DNA of 63,200 bases, filler included, from Stramenopiles sp. TOSAG23-3 (taxonomy: Eukaryota): assembly GCA_900128585.1 (NCBI GenBank). It is 3 parts of 3 records of this genome, joined end to end, with 100 filler letters (N's around TTAATTAATTAA, not from the genome) between each part and the next. Parts side by side here need not be neighbours in the genome. Positions count along the whole stretch, not along the records: positions 30,640 to 60,967 come from LT642230.1; positions 61,068 to 63,200 come from LT645046.1; 1 more part is not named here. One strand, given 5' to 3'. Below the pieces are notes generated by a model that saw nothing but the letters and a program-made list of their open reading frames with translations, ran no database searches and was not told the origin of the DNA. The translations under genes were made by a program, and so were the position numbers. Positions 51,526-62,756 of the stretch are shown piece by piece (within the stretch, counting starts at the first letter, position 1; every line of letters starts with the position of its first letter).

Positions 51526-54500
51526 TCAGCCAAAAGCAGTATCGAAGTTTATGCGGCGGGCGCTTTGCTGAATGTGGCCTGGACCGCTTTGAGGCGCATA
51601 GTTCGCTTCGTTTTGGTACATAACTTTCGGTGGCGCAGGATGTTCAAAGACTGGCGTGCCGTAGTAATCGCCGGACATTTCGCGTCTTCGCTCGTTTGCT
51701 ACACCGCTGCGTCGATGCCCCGGGAACGTTTTGGATGTGGACTGTGCGTTTGCACTATTATATCGGACCGGTTTGGGCGCGCTAGCGCTGGGAGGCGTAA
51801 TTCGCGAATGGCCGGCGGCCGGAGGTCTGCGTTGGACGCTCATCGCTTGTTTGGTGAAGGTAGTTGGGCATTTTGCGTTGGACGTTACCATCAACTGTAC
51901 ATTAGGAAGTACACGTTTCATTGCCTGCCGCTCTCTTCGCTCTACTCGCGACAAGTCCAACGAGACCAAAGCTGCGTCAAACACACTATCACCGCCAAAC
52001 ATGTCCTCCTCGTCCGGGAGTTGCACACCGTTTCGTGCTGCAGCATCAGCGGTATTTTGACTCTTACTAGGCGTTGTTTGGTTTGCACTTTTCGTTTTCT
52101 TTTTCGAGCCTGCCGCCATTGAACCTTTTGACTTTCGCTTCTTTTTGACCATGGTTTTGCCATTTTCTGGGGAAAGAAGAATCTTGTGCCCTGTAAACTT
52201 GACTTTGAATTGTGCGTGTCGATCTTCGCCAATGAACTTTTTATGAACCAAGCTGATGGCGACCGTTCCCGCCCTGTGGACGTTCTTGTCGGAAACAATG
52301 TCTTCCAGTCCGATACCGACGGTAAATTCCGAGACGCCACTCTTTTCAATTTTGCGCTCGAATAAGAGGCCTTTGGTGGGGTGTGAGGAGACCACAAACA
52401 GCTTCAAGGTCCCGGGTGTAACATTTTCTACGTCCACAGAAACGTTCAAGCGTGCCTTGGTAGGGTGCAAGGGTAGGGGTTGGGCAATGGTAAAAGTTCT
52501 CACTGAGATCATCTTACGTGCTTCCTCCTGGACAGCGTTGACCAAGTTCGGACCAACCTTACCGCCTATGTTTCCTACTATGGTGTCCACGTCTGCCGCC
52601 AGAACCGTCCGGAATGTTCCGTACCCTGCCTGATCAAACTTCAAAGCCGTTTTGTGGCCCACACGGTCGACTTGGGTCAGAAGGTGAAAGTGCTGTTTTG
52701 GGTAGTCTCGATAGTCCCCCCAAAGGGAGGTCTTCAGCATTTTCTTTACAACGATGGCGTTTGCGTACAACGGGCTGCGGATGGATTTGTGCCTGAAGTA
52801 GTCTATCATTGCTTCTACAATTCGTTGCGATTGCTTTACTAGTTTTTGCCTGTCTTCCATAAGTCGCCGTGTCCTCACGTCGCCGGTCTTTAAGTCGATG
52901 TGTCCGAACACAGTTTCGAATAAAAGAAACAATTTCAATTGCGTCGTCTTCACGCGGTCGGATTTTCGTTTTGCTTTGTACCTCGCGCTCTCTTGGTATA
53001 TCTTGTTCAGAATTTTCTTCTCCCCTTGTCGTATCGCGAGGCTGGAAAACTCGTCACATGCTGCAATCGACATCAGAATGTCACGTACCGACGCAAGTCC
53101 CGTTTTGGCAAGCTTCCCAATTTTGCCTGCGGTATCGATGCGGAGGTACCGTTTCGAAGCAACAACAGCCAAATGCGTTGGGACAAAACTCATCCCGTCC
53201 GATAAAAACGTTAGCATCGACATGCTTTCCAAAGCCTTCAACGTTTTCAACGCTTTTTTGCGCAGCTCGTTTTCAAAATGTGCGTTTTCGTTTTTTGGGC
53301 CGGTGTCGCTCGGCCGAAACGGCAATACACTGTAATACTCCGGGCGTTGCTTTGCACGTATACTAAAATACGTGTTTTGCAGCCAAGTAACAGTCGAACC
53401 AATATCGGTAATGTTCGCAAGGACCGTCTCTGTATTGACGGCCTCTTCCAGCGCGAACTGCATTTGACTTTCCACGACACCCGCACCATCTTCTATGTCG
53501 CAAAACTCATCGTATCCACTGTCCCCGCAAAGTATGACGGCAACACCCTCCGTGTCAAACCCAGGCCGCCCCGCGCGCCCCAACATTTGCAGCAATGTGT
53601 TGCGCTGGTAGAACTCAAACCCGTTGGTACTACGGTATACCTTTGCATTTAAAATTACGACAAGATGGGCGGGCAGATTCACGCCAATGGCCAATGTTGT
53701 GGTTGCTGTCAAGGCCCCGATGATTCCATCTAGAAACGCATTCTCTATTCTTCGACGGTCGCCAATGCACAGACCAGCGTTGTGAAACGCCACGCCCTTT
53801 AGCACAACACGCTTTAAGTCTCTGTCTTGAAGTCCCGTAGCAAGCTCGTGTAGCGCTCGCTGGTGCTCGCCTCCTGTAATGAAGTACGACCCGCTCTCCT
53901 GCTCTAACTTTTTTGCCGCCAGCACGGTCGTGGCCCGCGTCCCGCAAAATACGAGGCAGGGCCGATTTTGATAGTTCCCTTGAATGGTGCTGAAAAGGTA
54001 GTTATTCAGAAGCTGCCTGTCGAAGAGATACTCGTTGTACTTTGGGCTTTCTTTCCACTCTCGTATCTGATTGAACCTTATCTGTAACGGGACAGGCCGG
54101 TACGCATTTCCGAATACGAACACGTGGCCCGCTGGGCAATTTAACCAATTTCCAACGTCATCGATGTTCGGGAAGGTTGCGGAGAGCCCGATGATTCGCA
54201 AATTGTGAACTGGGTAGGCATGAAGTTGCCGTTTTAACATAGACAGGCGGGCAATCACACTTTCGAGCGTGGCACCTCTGTTCTCAGACAACAAGTGGAT
54301 TTCATCAACTAAAAGAAGCCCTATGGAGTTGATTAAATTTGCATTGTTGCGTTGACGTTTTTCCGGAGAGAGGTACTTCCTTGTCATACTGTCAAGTTTC
54401 TCCGGAGTACTGCAAATGATATCAGCTTTGCCCGCCATACTTAGGTAGTTTTCGCCCTCGGTATCCGTACTGTCGCTAGACAGCTCCGTCACGGTGTACC

Positions 54501-54852
54501 CCAAAACTTTGAATGCTGCTTTCCACTGCGCGGCACGCTCTTGCACCAGTGATTTTGAAGGCCCAAGGTACACAATCTTAGGTTTAACCTTTTGTGTTTC
54601 TCGGCTCGGCGACATGAGCAGTTTCACGATGGCAAGTTCGAAGCAAACGGTTTTTCCAGAACCGGTAGGAGAGCTTACGATCGAATTTTCATCCGAGGAC
54701 AATAACGTGTCAGCAACTATAGACTGCATTTCGTTGAATGTCCCGTACGGAAAAACTTGCCGAAACCGTTTGTAGTTTGCCCCGAAGGCTTTGGAAAGAA
54801 CTACATCAACCGGCCGTTTCTGAGTCGAAACCTCATCATGCCGTCTGATCAT
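51526..54852 (-). CDS. MER3: Meiotic DExH-box helicase MER3/HFM1 (Ski2-like, Sec63 domain)
   Basis: FNEMQS, SPTGSGKTVCFELA, TPEKLD, DEIH..NRGATLE, LSATFPN, YRPVPL, GVAFHNAGL, TLAIGVNLPAHLVVI, QMLGRAGRPGFD; single helicase cassette. Confidence 0.88.
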   Translation of the reverse strand: MIRRHDEVSTQKRPVDVVLSKAFGANYKRFRQVFPYGTFNEMQSIVADTLLSSDENSIVSSPTGSGKTVCFELAIVKLLMSPSRETQKVKPKIVYLGPSKSLVQERAAQWKAAFKVLGYTVTELSSDSTDTEGENYLSMAGKADIICSTPEKLDSMTRKYLSPEKRQRNNANLINSIGLLLVDEIHLLSENRGATLESVIARLSMLKRQLHAYPVHNLRIIGLSATFPNIDDVGNWLNCPAGHVFVFGNAYRPVPLQIRFNQIREWKESPKYNEYLFDRQLLNNYLFSTIQGNYQNRPCLVFCGTRATTVLAAKKLEQESGSYFITGGEHQRALHELATGLQDRDLKRVVLKGVAFHNAGLCIGDRRRIENAFLDGIIGALTATTTLAIGVNLPAHLVVILNAKVYRSTNGFEFYQRNTLLQMLGRAGRPGFDTEGVAVILCGDSGYDEFCDIEDGAGVVESQMQFALEEAVNTETVLANITDIGSTVTWLQNTYFSIRAKQRPEYYSVLPFRPSDTGPKNENAHFENELRKKALKTLKALESMSMLTFLSDGMSFVPTHLAVVASKRYLRIDTAGKIGKLAKTGLASVRDILMSIAACDEFSSLAIRQGEKKILNKIYQESARYKAKRKSDRVKTTQLKLFLLFETVFGHIDLKTGDVRTRRLMEDRQKLVKQSQRIVEAMIDYFRHKSIRSPLYANAIVVKKMLKTSLWGDYRDYPKQHFHLLTQVDRVGHKTALKFDQAGYGTFRTVLAADVDTIVGNIGGKVGPNLVNAVQEEARKMISVRTFTIAQPLPLHPTKARLNVSVDVENVTPGTLKLFVVSSHPTKGLLFERKIEKSGVSEFTVGIGLEDIVSDKNVHRAGTVAISLVHKKFIGEDRHAQFKVKFTGHKILLSPENGKTMVKKKRKSKGSMAAGSKKKTKSANQTTPSKSQNTADAAARNGVQLPDEEDMFGGDSVFDAALVSLDLSRVERRERQAMKRVLPNVQLMVTSNAKCPTTFTKQAMSVQRRPPAAGHSRITPPSASAPKPVRYNSANAQSTSKTFPGHRRSGVANERRREMSGDYYGTPVFEHPAPPKVMYQNEANYAPQSGPGHIQQSARRINFDTAFG

Positions 54853-55455
54853 CCTGTTCGTTGTTTTACAAAAGCGATAGTTTGCAAATAAATATCAAAT
54901 GGAAGTTTTGAACTGCTTTCGTTGACTAATGCGTATAAAGTAACTTTCTTTCTTTCAATATTTCATTCATTCATTTTTTTCTTTTTACAATTATCTTGTA
55001 AAGAAAGTTTTACCCGAATTGGCATACATATAGTTCTTCTATAAATATACCGACGGTCTAACTAAAAAACAAAAAAAAAAAAAGAAGAAAAGAAAAAGAA
55101 ATGTCTTCCTCGTTTCAATGCTGTGTAATGTATAATAGAACATTTTTTATGAAGAAATCAATGAAGGAATAATTGATGATGATATCATGATATCATCATC
55201 ATCATCAAAAAAAAAATTAAAGAAAAAAAGTTCATCTTAATGCTATGTATATGCAATCTGTATTTCTGTAAGCATTTTCAAAAATCTAGAATTTAGTATT
55301 ATTCGCTTCACGCTTCATCATTTATCATCATCGGGTGAAAATTTCCTATATATATTCAATCAAGAATACAAATTGTTTATAATTATAATTTGCTACTTAC
55401 TTTTTATATAATAATAATACTAATAATATATATTGTTGATCAATTAATCTTTCTC

Positions 55456-58400
55456 CTAGGATTCGATGGCGTTCACTATTTTTTGCAGCATGGCGCTCAT
55501 TTCTTTCTGTCGATCTTCCATACTTGACAACCTTTTGTTGTCAATGCTGTTTTGGCTCTCATCTACTGAAGCGGAGCGAGAGAGATTCTCTTGAAAATCT
55601 TTTGCGAGAGCGTTCAGTGCCCACTTCTTGCTGTCTTCGTCCATGACCCCAACCAAGTATTCGTCAAGAACAATATCAAATTCAACGATCGCCACCTCCT
55701 CGTTCTCCTCGTAAACAACACCGACGACACCGATGAATATATTCATCATGATCAGTGATACAAACAATATTAGCAGGAGGATTGTCACATACGTTAACGC
55801 TTCTGCGGAATCCATCATTTCGTCTATTCCAATGCCAAAGTCTCCAAACGAGGCGAACAAAACGTTGAAAAGACTTGCTGAAAAGTTTCTGTACTCAACT
55901 ATTTCATTGGCGAACAAGAAATGGATCCCTACAGCAAAGGAAATTATCATGATCAAAAGCGTGACGTAAAAGGGACGAATGTCGCGATGGAACAGTACTC
56001 GCAAAATTGCCATCACTCGCGCACCAACCCCGTAAGGAATTTCTTGCATGATGCGAAGAAGATGAATGCACACCAAAATAAACACTATGGCGACAATGTC
56101 TTGTGCCTGCGTTGTGAACCATCCCAAACGGTCTAACGCTAAGAATTCGTCCGAATTACCGTCAAGAATTTGGATCACTCGACCACGAGCCTCCTTTCCG
56201 TACACTTCGATTCGGTAGTACTCGATGTATACGTAGCCTAGGTACAACCATACTAGTACCCATTCGTAAAGGTTCCACCCACTGCGAAAATAAGGGTTTC
56301 TTGTCAGTGCAGAGTACCACATCGTAAATGGGCTGCCATGATAACGATGGGTCTTGCCAAGCACGCTTTCGTCGTTTTTATTAACTTTCGTTAACTGCCA
56401 AACCAGATGGAGTCCTAAAAATGGGAAATAGTGGGAGAGCACAAAGAGTTCAGTTTGAATCCCAGCCCACATATCATTGCACCGTCTTCGCCCCCCATGG
56501 GTGGCGTTTGTACTTTCACGGAATGGACCCACACCTGCATTTCCATACGTGTTAGACATCTTAAAAGCTGCTATACCTTTCACCCGATGTCGCAATTTGG
56601 CAAAATTCTTTTCTGTATCATTTGCATGGGCAACGGCACGGGATTTGCAGCAGCGTACTGGTCGCCAAGAGTACTTCGGCTGACCTGGCTTATCGCTTTT
56701 ACCAACTTTGAAACCTTTCGACTTCAGGGTCGCGTAGTTTGCTCGTTTGCTCAGCGTGTCGCCATAAATAGCAGCCGCGTCTCCGAATTCGACTTGCTTC
56801 GCAATCGACAGTAGGTTCCCCCAAGATATTTCATCGATTTCATACATTAATCTCAACATGAAAATCGCAAGCAAAATAATCGCAGCTAAAGCGTACCCCA
56901 TGAGATCGTCCGGCGCTGTCCACTCCAAGATGATCGTATCGACGTTAGAGTGTGCCCCCCCGCCTACCCAAAATTCGACCATAAGTCTTAACGAGACGAC
57001 TCTGTCGATATTTGGGTTAAAAATGTTGAAGTCGATGAGAATCAGCCTCGTCCCATTCTTCACGCTAATGAATTCGTCTGCTTGAAGCTCTTTGAGCATT
57101 TCTATACCCCTGGTGGCATTGTTGCCCGGTAGGTACACGTGGTAGCCACCCTTGCGGTATTTGTAGTTCCAGTATCGGTCGCCACTTACCTTGTATTCAA
57201 CCATTTCGTTGTTGTCATAATGGTATATGTACTTGTTGCCGGGGCCAAAAGGTTCTGTTTGGATGTCATTTTGGCCGTCCACGAAGTCTTTCAGGCAGCC
57301 CACTGACGGCAAAGCACGTTCCGGGACCCCAATGCTATTTTTGCATTTCCCCGGTTTTGCTCTAACCTGCCTGATACGGATCGAACCGACGATGGAAGAT
57401 ACATCATCAATTTTTTCAGTGTCAGGGTACAACCCGCCCGCCAACGGTCCATTGGCCCATTGCCAGAACTCTTCGACGGTTGCTATATCAAAAAACGTTT
57501 TCCGGACGTGGGCATCGCTCTGATCAAACTCTTCATCAATGAATTTGTCCGTAATGTGGTTGTCAAACCGAAGTTGCTGGGAGTCGAAGCCGGTCGTCGT
57601 TAAAGCGCCAACTATTACCATCAAAACTATAGTGATGATCTCCAGCGGCAATTTTCGGAACGTAAACAAACGTTGGAGGGCTTTTCTGGACATGTAGGAC
57701 TGCGCAGCAGGGGCTGCTCGCATGTCTTCCCTGGCTTTTACCCAGCGGGCGCTATCCTGTTCTGATAGAGTTATGTTCGCGCCAGCACAATTTGCAAGTT
57801 CGTACGGGCTGATGTTCCAACTCTCAACACCATTAACCTCAACCTTGGGAAATGCGTTCGATACTGGATTGCACCCTCCCCTTGATAGTGGCCCCACCGC
57901 TTCGGGGCTACCATGAATGACTGCGTAGGCCAGAGGAGACACATATTTTGGGTAGTGCCCATCCTTCGGCCGGCCATCTACATCTACAGGATCGTGGGCT
58001 AAAATTTCATGCAACCATTTGAGTTTTGGGTCGTCCGAAGAAGGTTGACCGACAAACTGCGACAAGATGTTCCGCAGTGGCGTGTCAAGGACGTTGAATT
58101 TTGCAAAATCGGGGTCGCGTTCGCAAGCACGCCCATAAACCTTTACCATCTTTTCCATCCCGTACTTTGTGTCCCCAACGTCGCATTTTAATCTCTCTAC
58201 GCCCTCGTATACCGCGCAGTGTACTACGAACCAAAATTTCCACTTATTCAAATCTTCCGTGTTCACCAGCCCAGAACCTTTAAAGAGGTGTGGGTGGGTG
58301 CAAGGGAGCCCTGTCCCCCATTTTTCTGGCTTGGTTTCCGACCCTTTAAAAATTTGAACGAAACACGTGCACGCTTTCTGAAACACGTCTTCGTTTACTA

Positions 58401-60104
58401 CAAAGTATGTGGACAAGTCCAAACCAGAGGGAAGCTCATTGCTAGTTTCATCGAAGAATTTGACCATGCGCTGCACCACAGCAATGCCTAACTTTTTCAT
58501 GCGCAATTGGTTAGCAAATAGCATTTTGAACGGGGATATGGCCGTCGACACCATTCCTAAGGAAGCCTCCTGCTTGGGGTGAATACCGTCGCGGTAAGTG
58601 TCTATCAGCAGTAGGATGATGTCGGTGTACACAGAAGGCGATCGAGAATTTTCCATTCCGATTGCAAGCTGTAGCGGAAGTTCCTTTTTTTGCGTCAATT
58701 GGTCTGCACCGCCACATTTTTCCGTTGCTTCGGAACGTTGGTCGTACGCCTTTAGCAACAATTTAATAAGTGTAATCGGAGCAGCTTCGGATTGGCATGC
58801 CAAATGCAAGGGCAGCATTCCCTTTTCGTCCGGTTCTGTAACCTTTCTTCCCGGTTCTATGTACTCCGAACCATCTTTGTTCTTGTCGTCAGCATCCCAT
58901 TTTTCTTTCTTCCCCGCATGGTATTCCTCTTCGAGTTCCAATAACTTCGAAACAACGTCGGTTTCTCGATTGCTTCTCGCAGCCCAATGGATTGGGTAGC
59001 GCCCCTCCTGGTCCTTTTTAGCAATCTCTTGTTTGAAAAACTTTCCAATAAGCTCAATGATGTCCTTCGATGTGCAGTAACGGGCGGCGATGTGCATTGT
59101 CATGGCCTCCTGCGTGCCTTTTGACCCCTCTTTCTCCTGGTTGGCTTTGACTTTGTTTTTACTGGACGGACTTGACGGCGCGGTCGGGATCGTCTCCTCA
59201 TCTCTGATCAATTGTACAATTACTTCTTTCGTTGCTTGGTTGCTTCTCAGTGCCAACTGCACGGCGGTGCAAGAGTACGCTACATTGCGCTCATCTTTTA
59301 CCGTGCATCTGGCGTCGTACACATATTCACCCATCGTATTGGACAGAATCTTGACAATCGCTATGCTTTCTTGATCTGTCGTCTCCCGGGCCGCCACACG
59401 AGAATCTACATGAACGGCCCAATGCAGGGGCATAAAATTGTTGCTGTCTGGCAACAGCCGCAACGGCGCTTTCCCCTCTTCCCCCCCGGCCTCTTCGTGA
59501 CGCGTTAGGATGCGAGCCAATAGCGTAGGGTTAGCCCTGTACGCTGCGGCAACATGAAGCGGGGTCCAATTCTCCATCTTTGTCGTTTTGGTCAACAGCC
59601 TGGCGTCTTTGTCTACGGACAGAATATAGTCCACGGTATCAATGGGGCCATTTCCGTACGCAATGTAATGCAGCACAGTCCAATCATCGTCGCCCAGTTT
59701 GTACATCTCGCTATGTTCTAGGTTACCGTCCGCGTCGCACGCCTTAATAATTCTTTCCATTATCCGTTTGGGGGCACCGTATTTTGCTGCTAAATGGATT
59801 GCTCGGTTTTCTGTTTTCGGGTGCCGCTTTTCCAAATTGTACTTCAGGGTCCCCTGCTCCTCCCACTCATTGAACCTTTCTTCAGCGATATTCCACAGTC
59901 CAGCTTTAAGTGCCGTTTCAAGAGTTGCAATTGAAGGATCCATCTGTTGCCATATGCATAGTTTGACTTCGTCTGACACGGATTCGATATCTGCAGTGAC
60001 ATCAATGGGCCGCCGGCCTGCGCCATCCTTCTCTTTGACCCCTTGCGGGTAGCTTTTGAGCGATGCTTTCACTGCAGCAATGTCATAATGCCCTTCAGCG
60101 ACAA
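55456..60104 (-). CDS. Ankyrin-repeat + polycystin-2 (TRPP/PKD2)-type cation channel; 5' end lacks an in-frame ATG
   Basis: Ankyrin repeats (WTPLHVAA, MPLHWAV, YPIHWAA, LPLHLAC); PKD2 TOP motifs EEFWQW, GSIRIRQVR, TRLILIDFNIFNPN; S5-pore-S6 FASFGDF..IMMNIFIGVV. Frame stays ankyrin-like up to HYIVAEG at ~60104. Confidence 0.85.
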
Positions 60105-60560
60105 TGTAGTGGTGGCCCCCTGGAGTCGTTCCTGGCAGCCGTCTGGACGGTTGTACACGACAATTTTCGACACGTTAACCCCCTTCCCAAAGTCCAGCAG
60201 TACGTGCTGTTCCCCGTTCTTCTCCGTGTGACACCCGTTCGGCCACGCCTGGTCGTCGTTCTTAGTCCCGTTCGTGATCATGGTGGGGTCCCCATCGTGG
60301 CAGCTGGAGCTTGCGGAGACGGTGGCGTCCTTTGCTATGTTCTGCGACGTGCCGTCGTAGACTTCGATCTCCTGGATATGTATGCTCTGGTTCACCGACC
60401 GTATGCGGACGTACCGTATCCCGTCAATCGTCTTGGCGTTGACGGGTGGAACGGCCTCGGCGGATTTTGTGGCGGTAGGTTCCGCGGCGGTGGGTTCCGC
60501 GGCGGTGGGTTCCGCGGCGGGCGGCTGTGCTGCAGGGACGACAACGGCGGGCTCGGCCAT
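60069..60560 (-). CDS. Pro/Ala-rich leader plus fucolectin/F5-8 type C-like domain; probably the 5' part of the channel gene, out of frame
   Basis: RYVRI..IHIQEIEVYD..NIAK..CHT..LLDFG..KIVVYNRPDGCQERLQGA; three 15-bp AAEP(T) repeats. Confidence 0.65.
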   Translation of the reverse strand: MAEPAVVVPAAQPPAAEPTAAEPTAAEPTATKSAEAVPPVNAKTIDGIRYVRIRSVNQSIHIQEIEVYDGTSQNIAKDATVSASSSCHDGDPTMITNGTKNDDQAWPNGCHTEKNGEQHVLLDFGKGVNVSKIVVYNRPDGCQERLQGATTTLSLKGIMTLLQ

Positions 60561-60967
60561 CTTTCCGTTTTTTGTTTTAAATAACTTAAAGACTGCTTAC
60601 GATGATTATTGTCTAACCTATACACTATAAATCTGATACGAAAGACAATTGGAATATATAGTTGTTAAACTGTTGGTCCGTTTTGTATGGGAATAAATAA
60701 TTCCGTAATGTAATATGAAATACATATTTTTTGTTCCATTTGATATAAATGAAAAAAGTTAGGAGGTGCGTTTTTGTTTGGTTTCATTTCACTTATAATA
60801 TTTTATATAAAAATATAACCGCCATAATTTTGTTTTTATAAATACATATATTATATACCCCTTACATACAATGAAAAAGAGAAAGATTCATTGGAATTAA
60901 TTTAACCCCCTTCCTCTCTCTCTTCTCCCTTGCTTCTTACTTCTATTATTTAATACCCCGTCGTCGT

Positions 60968-61067
60968 NNNNNNNNNNNNNNNNNNNNNNNNNNNNNNNNN
61001 NNNNNNNNNNNTTAATTAATTAANNNNNNNNNNNNNNNNNNNNNNNNNNNNNNNNNNNNNNNNNNNN
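60968..61067. other. Artificial contig linker (N44-TTAATTAATTAA-N44)
   Basis: Same design as the linker at 30540. Confidence 0.98.
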
Positions 61068-62529
61068 GGGTAAGAAACAGTGGGTCGCATACTTTGTACT
61101 TGAATTTCTCAACGGGGGATAGTTTGGGGAAAACGTTGTAGGCATGATTGCGAGCGTCTGAAAAATACATATTAAAATCACTGTCAGAACTACTGCCAGA
61201 GACGCCCGGACTCGCGCTACCGCTTGTGTCGGACGGCGAAGTGTCCGACGGGTCATAATTGTATGTAGAATTTGAATCTGAACCAGTTCTTACACCCGAA
61301 CCAGACCCTCCATCTCTTTGGAGTTCTGAAGAGTAAGGAACAATGCCTAAATCGCCGGGAATTTGGTTCTCGTCGTTGCCCCAAATAATTTTCCTGTCAC
61401 GATAAACTACGTTATGTTCCTTTCTATCTTTTGGACGCAATAATGGTTCACGATCATAATGCTTCCAGATGCGGTATTTAAACCTTCTGTCGCGCAGAGC
61501 TTCACGCGTCTCTTCATCTTCATCGTCATCGAATAAATCGCATATGGATTCAAGTACACCTTCATCAATAGTTTCATTATATTTCTTTCTCTTATAGTCA
61601 TCTTCACGGTGTGAATAAAGAAGCAGTTGGTGTGTGTTTTCCTCGATAAGTTCATCGTAATATTCCAGATCCCGGTGTTCTTGGGGAGAATCTTCGCGCG
61701 GGATTGCGGCCATACCTCTTCTTTCTTCACAGACTAAGAAGAGTCGGACTTTAAATTCTGTTTCGGGATCCAAGCTATGTCCTCTCGAGAGCGGGTCGAA
61801 GCTAGGGCTTCTTTCCCTTCCGCCCGATGACGATGGGAAAAAGCCCATCCCGAAGGCCTCTCCTATGCCTGGACGTGAAGCTCCTGAGCCTATGTGTGGG
61901 CTGTCGCTGATGTTACCTTGGGTTTGACTTTCCGCTTGCGATGCCGAAGGAGTTGAACTTGGCCCCGCATTGTCTCTGCGGCGCTGGATCGGACTCGTGC
62001 TCCCACCTGTGATCCCAGCAGCCTCTGCGCTACGCTTTTTTTGTTTGGGTTTGGGGGTAACGTGAACCCCACGATATTCTTCATTGTTGAAAGTGAAAGT
62101 TTGACGTTGATACGTTTTCTCCTCTGGATTCTGCAAAACGAAAAGATCGTAATCGCCGATGCAAGGGAATTTGTGGCTCTTTCCTTTTTTTCGCGGCTCT
62201 GCTACTGTGTAAACGTTTGTGCTATTATCACGCTGCCTGTGTTTGAATAATTGATTACTCGCAATCTTTCTAAGTGTAAACTCATTCTCTCCCATACCTT
62301 TTATAAAAATACACGGTTCTAATCCACCTACTCCTTCGGGAACAGTCTCAAAGTCAAATGTATACGCAGTAAGGGACTGGATAAGTATCCTTCCAACTCC
62401 GTCCCCCCCGTCCAAGCTATGATTTCTAGAAGAAATACTTTTTACTTTCATAATATTGCAACCGTGCACTAAAAAACCCTGAAAAAGAAAAACAGCAGAA
62501 AGTAAGAATAAGAAAGTCGCACTCTTCAC
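61068..62529 (-). CDS. Hypothetical protein, possibly secreted, 3'-truncated at contig end
   Basis: Open frame of ~487 codons running into the linker; hydrophobic N-terminal stretch; Ser/Gly-rich low-complexity segments; start uncertain. Confidence 0.6.
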
Positions 62530-62756
62530 TGCTTTCTTGTCCCACTACCTGCACGACGCATATTTCTTACTCTGGGTGCAATTAAACTTCAGTCACCACG
62601 TTGAACTTCATATACATCAAACTAGACACTAGATTATCAATATATAGTGTCCTAAACAAAAGTTCTTATTATTATTGTAAAGTTCCTCTTCTCTTCTTTA
62701 TCTGACCCCACATCCCTCCTCCCTCTTCCACCGTTTCTCCTCCTCCATTCCCTCTG

